Assembly: GCA_951406725.2 (NCBI GenBank)
Contig: OX597819.1
Location: 34,162,001-34,226,000, forward strand
From: Octopus vulgaris
Taxonomy: Eukaryota
Reading direction: 5' to 3'
Length of the DNA stretch: 64,000 nucleotides
Positions 11,430 through 25,473 of this stretch are shown piece after piece. Numbering within the stretch: position 1 is the stretch's first letter; each line of letters opens with the position of its first letter. The translations under genes were made by a program, and so were the position numbers. The notes under the pieces were generated by a model. That model saw only the letters and a list, made by a program, of their open reading frames with translations. It had not been told where the DNA came from and made no database searches.

Positions 11430-14400
11430 TAATGGTTTCATATGTTGGCACATATGAGGGGAGGGGTTTACTCAACTACCACTGATTCCTGTACTTGACT
11501 GGTAGTTTACTTTATCAACCCTGAACAGAAGAAAAGCAGGGCTGACCTCAACAGGATCTGAACTCAGAATGTAAAGATCCTCACTAAATACCACAAAGTA
11601 GTTTTTCCCAAAATGCTAACGTGGCTGTGTGGTAAGAAGTTTGCTTCCCAACCACAAAGTTCCAGGTTCAGTCCCACAGCATGACACCTTGGGCAAGTGT
11701 CTTTTACTACAGCCTCAAGCCAACCAAAGCTTTGTGAGTGGATTTGGTGGATGGAAACTGAAAGAAGCCCATTATATATATTTGGATATCATCATCATCA
11801 TCATTGTTTAATGTCTGCTTTCTATGCTAGCATGGGTTGGACGATTTGACTGAGGACTGGTGAACCAGATGGCTGCACCAGGCTCCAATCTGATCTGGCA
11901 GATTTTCTGCAGTTGGATGCCCTTCCTAATGAACTCTACCATATGTACCCACCTATAAGGTGGACCTATATGATGTGTACTCACTTATGAGAGCTATATC
12001 ATTCACAGATACCCATCTATAGTGTCTACATCAATCATGTTTTCCCATGATTGATGTAGACATCAACAATGGCCATATATGGTCAACCATTGATTTGGAA
12101 GATATGACACCAGGTACTTGGTTACAGATGGACTTCAGTTTCTACAGCAAATGATAGAAGTAAATAACCATAATTTAACACACATAAAACTCTTTATACC
12201 CAACAAAATGAGCCAATGAGGTTGTTTGACCTTCTAGAATTATCAGCCAAATCTCTCTTATATCATATCCTACTATCTTAAAATGGAAGGACACTTCGAG
12301 TAATTAGTTCTATATTACTTTTTTACTTGTTTCAGTCATTTGAATGCGGCAATGCTGAGCAAATCGACCCCAGGACTCATTCTTTGCAAGCCTAGTACTT
12401 ATTCTATTTGTCTCTTTTGACAAAATGCTAAGTTACAGGGACGTAAACACACCAGCATTGGTTGTCAAACGTTGTTGGGGAGACAAACACAGACACACGA
12501 ACATACACACATACATACATATATATATATACATATATACGATGGGCTTCTTTCAGTTTCCATCTACCAAATCCACTCACAAGGCTTTGGTTGGCCTGAG
12601 GCTATAGTAGAAGACACTTGCCCAGGGTGCCACGCAGTGGGACTGAACCCGGGACCGTGTGGTTCGTAAGCAAGCTACTTACCACACAGCCTCTCCTAAA
12701 GATGTGCTGATCATAGTTGAAAAGTCTGTTGTTCAATCATTCAAACTTTGGGTTAATCACCCCCCGCCAAAAAAAAATACTCTTTTAAGAGAATATGAAA
12801 TGTTGAACTCCAAATATACAAATTTTATTAATTATTCATATCAAACAAACTTTATAAATCCTATCCAATATATATATATATTTCTGCAAATGGTATTCAC
12901 ACAAGTATGTTTTCTATAATTCAACTCAAGGTCAGCTGTGATTAAGCAGATGCATGATCAAAAGTATTGCAGATGTGATCATCCTGTCTTTTAAGTGTTA
13001 TGTCAAGAACTACATTACATATTGGATCTTTTCTCTTTTTCAGGATGGTAGGGTGAGAGAAATTTGGTTGCCATTTCTAGCAGGCTGGGCCACCCAGTAG
13101 TGGTCCTCTTTTGGCTCAAAACATACTTTGAACTGAGATGGTTCAATATTCTAGTTGAACTATATTGAGGATTAGTATCTTTGTTGTATGGTAGGGCCAC
13201 ACAGATACACTCCCAAAATGGCAAATGAATTATTTACGTTACTAATTTATAAGCAAAGACAACATTTAACCCATAATTTATTATAGAGAAAGTAATTGTT
13301 GAATTCCATTCCTTAATATAAGAATGCAACGCACAAATCTCTGTTGACAAACAACCAATATTCACTTGGATTTCACCAAATTATGATTTTTATCGCATTT
13401 ATAAATATCAAAAAAATGGAATTATAAGATGTTTACAATTGTTGAGAAAAAACATAGACACACCAGCACCAAAAACATGAAATTTTTCACATAAAGAATT
13501 CAATGTTGAGAAATAAATATTACCTGACATTTGTGTCTATCTAAAGCCAAAATCTATTACAATTTATTATTTTTTTTTTGACTTATGAGAATGCTGCCTT
13601 AAAAAATTCTGCAGACAAAATAACATCAAAACAATACTTCTATGCTTCACAGATTCACATCAAAGTAAATCCTAACCAAGTCAAATTCAACAAATATGAT
13701 GATAACAGCCACATATTTTGGTATAAGTATAAGAGTATTCAAAAATTATGAGTGGAAGAGATGTATGAAATCAAGAACACAAGAATATGATGGTGTGAAA
13801 AGAAACCATGTAAATCTTTGAAATGAAGTTTACACCACAAGAGAAGTAAAATGGTCATTTGCGTGCAGGAATAGTTGTATGGTTCAGGGTTACAGTGGCA
13901 AGCTGGCAGAAATGTTAGCACGCCAGGTGAAATGCTCATCGGTATTTTGCCTATCTTTACGTTCTAGGTTCAAATTCCACCAAGGTTGACTTTGCCTTTC
14001 ATTCCTTTGGCATCGATAAATTAAGTACCAGTAGTATTATCGATTGCCCCGCACCCCAAAAAAATTTCAGGCCTTGTGCCTAGAGGAGAAAAGAATATAT
14101 GGTTCAGGGTTCGGTCCTAATTTGACCTTAACCTTCAGTTGTCCAATATTTTGTATTGGACATACTGAATGAATTTTTGGTAAATGCAAAATTGTCTCAT
14201 GAAAAAGGCTTTTGTCTTTTACTAGTTTTAGTCATTAGATTGTGGTCATGCTGAGGCATTGCCTAGAAGAACCTTTCAGTCAAATGAATTGACCCTGGTA
14301 CTTATTTAAAGCTTGATATTTAATCTCGCAGTCACTTTTGCTGAACCACTTAGTTATGAGGACATAAAAACATCAACACCAGTGGTCAAGCAGTAGTGGG

Positions 14401-14871
14401 AGACAAACACAAATGCAAACACACACACACACACACACACACAAATATAATATGTTAATATGACTGGCTTCTTTTAGTTTCCATCTGCCAAATTCACTCG
14501 CAAGGCTTTGGTTGGCCCAAGGGCTATAGTAGAAGACATTCACCCAAGGTGCCATGCAGTGGAACTGAACCAAGAAGCATGTGGTTGGATAGTAGACTTC
14601 TTACCACGCAGCTACACCTTAGTCGGATTTCTCACTTTGTTCACCTCTCATCATCAAACTGGAGCTAATTATGAAATCTCACATGTCCTTTGAAGTTTAC
14701 AGAACAATTATATCAACATACAATAACAACACTGTCATGTAATCAATTATATTTACATAAGTATAACCAGAATGGAAGCCCAATAAAGTATCAACACAGA
14801 ACAGATAATATAACCAATCACAAAATCCAGCTGAAACTATAATCAAAATATCTTCAAATATATAATAACCT

Positions 14872-14981
14872 GCACTAGTTTTAGTGGCACATATACTAAA
14901 ATTGGAATGATACAGAGAAGATTAGCATAGTTCCTGCACAAGAATGGAACACAAATTTGTGAAGCATTCCATATTTATTTT
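14872..14981 (+). pseudogene. U6: U6 snRNA pseudogene
   Basis: gcacatatactaaaattggaatgatacagagaagattagcat...gtgaagcattccatattt matches U6 over its whole length, including the ACAGAGA box and AGC triad, with many substitutions (largely CpG decay) in the 5' stem and ISL. Confidence 0.9.
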
Positions 14982-16589
14982 CATGAGCATAAGCATGTTC
15001 GTGTGGAAAAAATGTCTGCTTCCAAACCACACAGAGTTTTGGGTTCAGTTCCACACACATACACAGAGTCAAACACACACACACCCACAGACACATATCG
15101 TTGATGTCCTAAGAATTTTATAAACTTTCAAGACAACATGAAATAATTGTTTTGGAGCAGTGGATCTTGAAGCATATTACATAAAGCTATAAATAATAGT
15201 AAATACACATTGGGTTGAAAAACCCTTTTTAGCTAGGAAGAGTTGAAGGTTGTGTGTGTGTGTGTGCACACACATACAGGAAGGTGTTCTTCCAAGAAAA
15301 CTCAAATAAGCAGAGTTAAGTGCCATGCTTAAGAATATAACACTGAAACTGAATCAAGATCTGAACATACAATTATGCATTCAATCCCTTAACATCACAG
15401 CTCACTCAACAAATATCTTTCTTGATTACATCATCAACATTGTCATCAGTTTACATTTGTTTGTTTTTTTCCAAGTTATCATGGGTTGGACAAGTTTCTC
15501 ACTCTCTCACTACTCATCATCTGACCTTCATCATCTGGCACACCCACACAGTGGCAACGAGAACCAGTCATTTTGATGCTTTGACTGTCATGTTTCTTTC
15601 TTCTAAGGTATGTGGTTTCTCTTCTCTGTCATAGATTTCTTCACGATGTGGAGTGGGTGTAATTTATCTTACCACAAACATTAGAACGTTTGTCTACAAT
15701 AGGGCTAAAGAATTTACTCCACCTTAACACATATATATTACTGAAAATACCATCATTGGCCTCAATATTGAGTTCACAGCATACGTTTACTAAAAGTTAT
15801 TTTCTTTGGTTCAGGATTATAAATTATTTTCTCACAAAATCTTGGGAAATTTGTTCCAGACATTCAAATTAATATAGAATTAGACTATTTTGTTAAATTC
15901 CATAGAGAAATTTTTATTTGAATCACAAAAAAACAAAGCTGTACATGAATGTCATTATATGATTGAATAGAATCATTCCATATATAGATACAAATGTACA
16001 TTTGCATACATATACATATACATACATGCATATACACATGCACAGATACACACACGTTTATGTACATATATATCTATTTACATACAAGCATATTATAAAT
16101 ATACATTAATATATAGTTTTACATATAGGAATACATTCACATACATACACATATATACATATTTGTTATTTACATACATACACATGCACATTTATGTACA
16201 TGCATACATATCCATATACATACATGCATATACACATGCACAGATACATACACGTTTATGTACATATATATCTATTTACATACATACACATGCACATTTA
16301 TGTACATGCATACATATCCATATGTACATGGATAGAGTGATAAAGAAATCCGCAACAAAGCTATATAAAGACAAATATATATATTCATATAAATAAGGGT
16401 ATGTAGACAACACAAATAACATACATATGGAAACAAAACTATTTACATGCATACACACACACACACAAAACATACATATATATATACATATACATATACA
16501 TATATATATATATATATATACACACACATATATACACACATGACAAATAAATATAAACATATAAACAAAGCTGTATAGATATCACAAGT

Positions 16590-16780
16590 GTATGTGTGTG
16601 TATGTATATATATGTATGTATATATATGTATATATGTGTGTGTGTGTATGTATGTATGCATGCATGTGTGTATGTATGTGTGTATGTATGTATGTATGTA
16701 TGTATGTATGTATGTATGCATGCATGTATGTATGTATGTATGTATGTATGTATGTATGTATGTATGTATGTATGTATGTA
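16590..16780. repeat. (TATG)n microsatellite
   Basis: Directly visible. Confidence 0.95.
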
Positions 16781-19700
16781 TTCTGTTTCATTTCAGACAT
16801 TAAGATACCATCATTTATATCATCATTCTTCTTTTGTCTCTCCATCTTGTTCACAAAGTCTCTGTGGAATCATCTCGGTGTGTTTGGTAAATAGAATTCA
16901 GCACCTGCTCACTTTTGCAACTGCATGCAGTGCTAAACGCAATATGGAGTAACCTAACCCATTTATACGAAACATCTATCGAAACATTTAATGGTTCCGA
17001 TTTACCATAAATTGGAGCAGAAGTTTTAACAACAGCTTTTTTTTATTTTTACTTTTATTTCTTCTTTGTTAAGTTTTCCTTTACCATTCTTCTTTCTCTT
17101 TTTCTTTTTTTTGGTATCTATATTAACGATTTTTTTTTAAAGAATTATCTCTATTTAAACCAAACAATTCACATCTCTTTTTTCTCTCTACCTTGCTTTT
17201 TTTTTTTTTGCCTTATGTTTTTCCTTCAAGCATTGAATAAATTTTCACAGATTTCTTTACAACTTCTGACAAAGAACATTATAATTTCTAGTTGAACATT
17301 CCCTTTGCCATTTTTCAAACAGAATGTTTTTGTACAGATATACAAAACCAGTCTGAAAGTAAAACAACAAAAAAAATATAAAACATAAAAATAAAAGACA
17401 TATGGGGATGGAACCAGATCACTTTTGTCAATAATATGCCCCACCACCATCTTCACCACTATACCATAAGCCTTTTTGATGACACCCGCTGTCCTATGAA
17501 TTCATTCTCACATTTACACAGTAAGTCTGTAATTATTTCCAATCCAGCATATACAATTATTTTGATTCTATCTTCTTTGGGTATCACAGCAAAGACTCAA
17601 TCTTTTCCTTCTTATTCTGATACCAAAAGTATTCAGGTCATGTTTCTTTTATTTATTTATTTACTTTTTTTTTTTTCACCAGAAATCCAAATCTAGCTTC
17701 CTTAAAATCTTTAGATTATATTTTGCTTTTAAATTATGGGTAAAATAGGAGTTCAGTGTCAGAATAACAAACACAGTGTGGCTGAGTAGCAAGAAGCATA
17801 CTTTCCAAACATGTGGTTTTGGATTCAGCCCTCCAGTGTTTTCTACTATAATCCAGATAACCCAGAACTTACCAAAGCTTTGAGAGTGGATTTGGTAGAC
17901 AGAAACCGAAAGAACCCTATCATGTGTGTATCGGTATATACATACATAAATATATATATATTTATTAAAGGATACAGTTATGTTGACTCGCATGCAGAAC
18001 TTCAAGTTTCTATGTCAAAGATATGATGATCACTACACTTCTTAAGCTGTCTGAAGAAGTGCAGCAATCTTCAGATCAAGGACACAGAAACTTCAAGTCT
18101 TGTATGTGTGTCTCCATACTCTACCATTCTATAAAAAATAGTTCTCTATTTCCAACAATACTGAGGTCTATCTCTTTTATCAACACACATGGTTTATCAA
18201 TATATATATTAGGAATGGTATCCAGCCATAGAAACCATGCCAAATCAGATTGGAACCTGATGCAGCTTAACCAGCTTACCACTTTCAGTCAAACTGCCTA
18301 ACACTCACCAGCTTGGAAAGCAGATGCTAAATGATGAATGATGATGATGAAACATTAGCAGGCCGGGCGAAATGCGTAGCTGTATTTCGTCTGCCGTTAC
18401 GTTCCGAGTTCAAATTCCGCCGAGGTCGACTTTGCCTTTCATCCTTTCGGGGTCGATAAATAAGTACCAGTTACACACTGGGGTCGATATAATCGACTTA
18501 ATCCCTTTGTCTGTCCTTGTTTGTCCCCTCTATGTTTAGCCCCGTGTGGGCAATAAAGAAATATATATATATATATGTTTGTATGTATGTATTTGCATGT
18601 GTATGTATGTTACTGTGTCCTTGCCTTGATATCATGTAATGTCTGGCCACGGGGAAATATCACATTGCCTGGAAACAGGTAAGGGTTGATGGCAGGAAGA
18701 GCATCCAGCTGAAGAAAATCCATCACAACAATACTCTGTCCAATCCATGTGATCATAGAAGAGTGGGTGTTAAACCAGTAATGATGATGATGATGATGAT
18801 GATTCCACTCATCAAAGCAAATATAAATTGATACAAATTATGCAAAATACTTAATTCCAAATGATTAAAAACTCACTGTGTTAAGATGGAACAGTGTTTT
18901 CACATTTAGGGAGATATTGCCTGAGGATTTATGGTATAGCAGTAATTACATGGGAGTCACTGTCAAAAAATATATTGTTCAACTCTACCAGTCTTTCACA
19001 TAATTTTCACTTTGTATAACTGCACAAAAATAGCCAACAAGTGAGCATTTATTTATGTAGTCACTTGACCTGTGAGATATAGCAGCCACATCATCATCAT
19101 CATCACCATTACTTAATGTCCATTTTCCATGCTGGCATGTGTTGGGTGGTTTGACAGGAGCTGGCAAGTCAGAGGGCTGCACCATGCTCTAACTGTCTGT
19201 TTTGGAATGGCTTCTGTGGCTGGATGCCCTTCCTAATGCCAACCACTTTATAGAGTGTACTAGGTGCTTTTTACATGGCACAAGCACAGATCCTTTATAA
19301 GTGATCACCAGCACAACCGACTTTTATGTGGCACCAGCATGGGAGCTTTTTACATGGTAGCAGCACATCCCTTAAATCACACTCTTCAAATAAATCTTCA
19401 AAAAAAAAAAAAAAAAAATAGAACACATGATGATGATGCTTGTCCATGATTATACAGAGTGAGATTGAACCTGGAGCAATGTTATTACAAAGCAAATTTG
19501 TTAACCATATTTTCATGCTGGTGCTGTAGAGGTTCTTTAAATGAACTACAAAGTGGTAGGTAGAATGGGAGAAAGATAGAGAAAGACAGAATAGGAACTC
19601 TTCCTCGGAAAGTGAAGAGCACACATAAAATGCAACTTCAGAGCTACTACTGAGCCAGTAGCACAGATTAAAGCATCTATGTTAACTGACATTACTCTTT

Positions 19701-20307
19701 TTACTCTTTTACTTGCTTCAGTCATTTGACTGTGGCCATGCTGGAGCACCGACTTCAGTCGAGCAAATCGACCCCACGACTTATTCTTTTGCAAGCCTAG
19801 TACTTATTTTATCGGTCTCTTTTTGCCAAACCGCTAAGTTACGGGTACGTAAACACACCACCATCGGTTTTCAGGCAATGGTGGGGGGTGGAACAAACAC
19901 AGGTACACAAACACACACACTTATATATATATCTCTATATATAAAACTGAAATGCGTTTTTACCGCTTGGTTCGCTTTCAATGCCACTACATCCCGTCCG
20001 ATTCGCTCCAAAATTTACAGGGACATGTAGAATGAGGTGACAATGCGCGTGGGCTACCTTAGAAATCCCTATCTTAAAAGGTGTGGTTGCTAGGGGCCAT
20101 CTTCCTACCTCACCCTATTTCCTCCAGTACTCTGTCACTCCTCTTCATTTGACAATGCAACTACCGTTATTTAATGTAAAGTCTTCCTCAAATCACTCTG
20201 TCGCTCTTTACTCTCTTCCAAGAACATTTTCACTCACTCTTATTTCTTACCTTCCTATACATTTTACTCATGTATCTATCAGCGTTCATGGACAGTAACA
20301 AATATTA

Positions 20308-20385
20308 CATCGCCATCCCCATCGCCATCCCCATCGCCATCCCCATCGCCATCCCCATCGCCATCCCCATCGCCATCCCCATCGC
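20308..20385. repeat. 12-bp tandem repeat (CATCGCCATCCC)n within the Helitron
   Basis: About 6 units visible; source of the PIAI translation. Confidence 0.95.
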
Positions 20386-20405
20386 ATTCTATTGTCTACC
20401 TGTCA

Positions 20406-20436
<31 letters not shown>

Positions 20437-20540
20437 CATATATCTAATATTATATTTTTATTTTTATGTTTTTGTTTTTGGTTTTTTACTGTTTCATTTC
20501 CATATTAGTGGTTTTATCTCTAATTTAATTTCTACAGCGT

Positions 20541-20581
<41 letters not shown>

Positions 20582-21170
20582 TATGTGGCCCCAGTACACC
20601 CGAATGAAATCGGGTTCTCTTCATCAAAATGTGAAAAGGGGTCTACAATTATCATCGCCACAACTTATGTATGTCTTCCTCACTCACTCACTCTTTTTCC
20701 TAATGATAATTATCATCGCCACCACCAACACCACCAACACACAATCATGACAATCTTTCTCTTAAAACAAATCATGTTTACATTGCAAAATATTTCATTT
20801 TCCCGTCCTCTCTTTCATATATCACCTTTTCTTTCTCGAGCTCTCTCTTTTTTCGCCGTCTTTATTTATTCTACAACGAGTCTATCAAAAGTTTCAATAT
20901 TCCTACTTCACCTCTTTCAGAAACGCAACAGATATTTTTTTTTTTGCCGGGGTTAAAGCCCACTACATCCCGTCGGATTCACTCCAAAATTTACACCTTC
21001 TCTTTCTACCTCTAACTCCCATTCAATTTCTCTTTATCTCCATTCTTAAAGATAATTATCATCGCCACCACCACCACCAACACACAATCTGGACAATCTT
21101 TCTCTTATAACAAATCATGTTTACATTGCAACGACGTCTGCCACCTCCGCCGTCTCTATTTATTCTGCAA

Positions 21171-21368
21171 ATGACCAGAACTCGGGAAATTTGGTTTAGT
21201 GTTCTATGGTCTATGACCAGAACTCGGGAAACTTGGTTGAGTGTTCTATGGTCTATGACCAGAACTCAGGAAACTTGCTTGACTGTTCTATGGTCTATGA
21301 CCAGAAATCGGGAAACTTGGTTGAGTGTTCTATGGTCTATGACCAGAACTTGGGAAACTTGGTTGAGT
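21171..21368. repeat. 42-bp minisatellite (~4.7 copies) within the Helitron
   Basis: Unit atgaccagaactcgggaaacttggttgagtgttctatggtct. Confidence 0.95.
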
Positions 21369-22437
21369 CCTCATCTTATAAAATGTGGCCCCAAGTAGAC
21401 CCAAATGAAATCGGGTTATATTAACCAAAAGGTGAAAAGGGGTATAAATGGGGCTGGAAGGGGATTAAAATTTAAAGGAGCGGGTGTTTAGCAATTCTCT
21501 GTTACATCAAGCTAAACAATTTGTGCCAGCCTTTTAATCGTCAATGTGTTGCCGTCCATGATGAAGAAGTTTTGAATGCTTGCCATCGTGAGTCTACTGT
21601 CGTGAGAAAGAATCAAGTCAAAACTTGGTTTTTAGGGATTTTCTATTACATCAAGTTCAAAATTTTACGCCAGCCGTTGAACTGTCAATACGTTGCTGTC
21701 CGTCGGTAAGAAATGCCAGCCATGGTGACTCTACTATCCTCAAATTCTATCCCTTCAAACTTTGGTTTCCAATATTTTATTATTTTTATCAGCTCGCAAG
21801 TTCGTCTGTCCCTTTTAAATGTTAGTGTTTTGCTGTCTGTCTTGAAGCAGACCTTTCTTTTGTAACTGCCTGATATTTATGATTGATCTTTCTAAATATT
21901 TTATTTCTCAACTTACTCAAGATCTTTTGTTGTTTATAAATGGGAGAGAGATACATAAAGATAGAGAGTAAGAGAAAGCGAGGGAGAGTCCGAGAGAAAG
22001 GAAGAGTAAGAGAGTGGGAAAGTGAGAGAGAAAGGAGAAAGAAACAAAGAGGGAGAATCATCATCATCATCATCATCGTTTAACGTCCGTTTTCCGTGCT
22101 AGCACGGGTTGGACAGTTTGACAGGGGTCTGGGAAGCCAGGAGGCTGCACCAGGCTCCAGTCTGATCTGGCAGTGATTCGACAGGTGGATGCCCTTCCTA
22201 ACGCCAACCACTCTGTGAGCGTAGTGGGTGCTTTTTTCGTGCCACCTGCACAGGTGCCAGGGGTGCTGGCAGCGGCCACGATCGGTTGGTGCTTTTTACG
22301 TGCCACCAGCACAAAAGCCAGTCAAGGTGGCGCTGCAATCCACCACGTTCGGATGGTGCTTTTTACGTGCTGAAAGGAAGCAACAGAAAGTAACAACCAC
22401 ACTCTTACCCGCGCGTAGAGCGGGTCACCTTCAGCTA

Positions 22438-22480
<43 letters not shown>

Positions 22481-22879
22481 TACGACGGGCTTCTTTCAGT
22501 TTCCGTCTACCAAATCCACTCACAAGGCTTTGGTCAGCCCAAGGCTATAGTAGAAGACACTTGCCCAAAGTGCCACGCAGTGGGACTGAACCCGGAACCA
22601 TGTGGTTAGTAAGCTAGCTACTTACCACACAGCCACTCCTATGATTATTATGTAAAGAGTTAGGTACAGAATATGAGAAAATGACTAATGTGTTCAAAAC
22701 ACTAATAGAAAATATTATAATATCTCAGTGAGCTCAACTACAGGTCTAACTTCAGCTGTTCTGAATGGTTGTATTCCATAAATTTGTCAGGTCTTTCTAA
22801 AATATTATCTATTCATCTTACAAGAAGGTGAGAATCATAGCTGAGGTCAGCTAATAGCAGTTATTCAGAAATTAGTATG

Positions 22880-23260
22880 TGGAAGCACTCCGTCGGTTAC
22901 GACGAGGAGGATTCCGGTTGATCCGATCAACGGAACAGCCTGCTCGTGAAATTAACGTGTAAGTGGCTGAGCACTCCACAGACACGTGTACCCTTAACGT
23001 AGTTCTCGGGGATATTCAGCGTGACACAGAGAGTGACAAGACCGGCCCTTTGAAATACAGGTACAACAGAAACAGGAAGTAAGAGTGAGAGAAAGTTGTG
23101 GTGAAAGAGTACAGCAGGGATCACCACCATCCCTGCCGGAGCCTCATGGAGCTTTAGGTGTTTTTGCTCAATAAACACTCACAACGCCCAGTCTGGGAAT
23201 CGAAACCGCGATCCTATGACCGCGAGTCCGCTGCTCTAACCACTGGGCCATTGCACCTCC
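22880..23260 (-). mobile_element. tRNA-derived SINE (family E) with 12-bp TSD
   Basis: Minus-strand head ggaggtgcaatggcccagtggttagagcagcggactcg; agaaattagtat on both sides. Confidence 0.85.
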
Positions 23261-23570
23261 TAGAAATTAGTATACAGGCATTTATAGTTCAATGGAATAT
23301 ACTAGTGATTGATCCTGGAGTTATTTAGAGGTGTGAGTACGAGAGTGGTGAGAGAGAAATAGGGAGAGAGGATGTGCTCACAGGGACAGGGGTACAGTAA
23401 TGTAGTAAAAAATTTCTCTTCCTAATCACATGGTTCTGGGTTTCATCTCACTGCATGGCACCTTTGGCATGTATCTTTTACCCTAACTTTAGTCTGACCA
23501 AAGTTTTGTGAATGTGTTGAAATTCAAAGGATGTTTACATATATATGTGTATAAATGGTGAATGTGTATG

Positions 23571-23672
<102 letters not shown>

Positions 23673-23785
23673 CATAGATAGATAGATAGATAGATAAATG
23701 TTTATAAAGGTGCAGGAATGGCTGTGTGGTAAGTAGCTTGCTTATTAACCACATGGTTTGGGGTTCAGTCCTACTGCGTGGCATG

Positions 23786-23931
23786 TTTGGGCATTCTAAT
23801 TCTAATTTTCAGACCTGCGTTCCAAACTCTTGACTAAGTAATAATATATTGCAAATTGAATTATAACCTTGGACATTTAATATAAAAATTCGAATTTTCG
23901 GGCCGGTGTTCCAAACTTACGGCCACAACTG
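23786..23931. mobile_element. Tc1-like transposon terminal fragment
   Basis: Reverse complement reads TA|CAGTTGTGGCCGTAAGTTTGGAACAC, a Tc1-type TIR with a TA target; gttccaaact is repeated ~90 bp inside. Confidence 0.6.
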
Positions 23932-25029
23932 TATTATAGTTCTCCAAGCCATATCAAAGGAGTTTAAGATTAGCTCTCAGTAGGACCTCTAATATGCTAA
24001 TGATCTAATTCTCAGAGCTGAATCTGTTGAAACTTTATAGAAGTAATTCCAAATTAAAAAGCGAAGCCAAGAATGGAGAAGTCTCAAAGGATATCTAGCA
24101 AGGACAATTGTATTAACCTGATAGAAGACAGGAATCAATGGTTATCTAAGCAATGCCCATGCTTGAAATGCAAAAAAGGAGTAGGCAGGAATTTTATTCA
24201 GAGAGACACATGTGCAGTGAGATTACAGCAGACTAACAGACAAGATTTATTTTCTTTTTCTTTCATTTGTTTCAGTCGTTAGACTGTGGCTATGCTGGGG
24301 CACCACTTTTAAGAATTTTTGTCAGATGAATCAAAACTAGTACTTAAGTTTTTTTGTTTTTTTGTTTTTTTTTTGAGACTGATGCTTATTCTATCTGTTC
24401 CCTTTTTTGCCAAACCATTAAGTTACGGGGACATAAACAAACCAACATTGGTTGTCAAGCAGTAGTGGGGGGACAAATACATGCACACACACATGGTGGG
24501 TTTCTCTCAATTTCCATCTGCCGGAGAAATGATGATGATGATGATGATGATGACAGCAATGGTGATGACGAGAATAGTGGTGGTGGTGGTAGTGACAACC
24601 AACAGCAGTAGCAGTGCAGCAGCATTGGAAGCAATGCAAGTGGCAGTGACGATGACGATGATGCTAGCAGTCATGGAAAATATGATGGTGGTGATTGTGG
24701 TGGTAGCAAGAGTGATGATGATGGTGGTGATGATGATGATGATGATGATGGTGTGGTGGGGGTGAAAACAATGGTAACAATACAGAGACACCTGTTCAAC
24801 ACAAGATTAAACCAACTAACAAAGTAACCTATTATGATAATATCTGTCTCTCTGGAATCTCTCCACTCTCTGCTAACGAGTCTCTGTTCTACAGGAATCT
24901 CAATACCATTTTGGAAAACTGAATTACAGATTTGGAAATATTTTCTAATTTCTCCCATTAGATTTGATAAAAAAAATATAAATGTGTGTAAGGAAGGCAA
25001 GTGGAGGTACAGAGGTACATGTGGAAATG

Positions 25030-25442
25030 TGTGTATTTGTCTGTGTGTTTGTGTGCATGTGTGTGTGTGTGTGTGTGTGTATGTGTGCGCGTGAGAGAGA
25101 TAGAGAGATTGAGAGAGTGAATGTGTGTGTGTGAGAGAGAAAGAGAGTGTGTGAGTGAGTGTGAGAGTGTGAGTGTGTGAGAGAGAGAGAGTGAGTGTGT
25201 GTATGTGAGAGACAGAGTGAGTGTGTGTGAGAGAGAGAGAGTGAGTGTGTGTATGTGAGAGAGAGTGTGTGAGAGAGAGAAAGAGTGTTTGTGTGTGTGC
25301 ATGAGAGAGAGAGAGTGTGTGTGTGCGTGAGAGAGAGTGAGTGTGTGTGTGAGAGAGAGATCAAGAGAGAGAATGAGTATGTGAAAGAGAGATGGTGGGA
25401 TAGAGAGAGAGAGAGAGAGAGAGTGTGTAAAACAGAGAGAGA

Positions 25443-25473
<31 letters not shown>

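Larger units (their letters stand above)
19932..22438 (+). mobile_element. Non-autonomous Helitron
   Basis: Begins A|TCTCTATATATAAA and ends CTAG|T; GC-rich hairpin acccgc-gcgtaga-gcgggt (22407-22425) lies 9 nt before CTAG; no TSD; internal sub-repeats and minisatellites. Confidence 0.85.
19695..22641 (-). mobile_element. Family A SINE split in its internal (TA)n by a Helitron
   Basis: The 3' half at 19695-19931 and the 5' half at 22439-22641 join into one colinear SINE when 19932-22438 is removed. Confidence 0.85.

Noticed and set aside
20270-20956. 228-aa ORF with PIAI repeats
   Set aside because: Low-complexity Helitron interior with no Rep or helicase motifs.
21171-21368. 42-bp repeats open in two frames (MTRTRETWLSVLWS)
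   Set aside because: A tandem array inside a Helitron; the open frames follow from a unit length divisible by 3; no spacers and no recognisable protein.
24671-25000. Possible minus-strand exon (FQNGIEIPVEQRLVSREWRDSRETDII)
   Set aside because: Weak donor site, no recognisable homology, and the frame runs into trinucleotide repeats.
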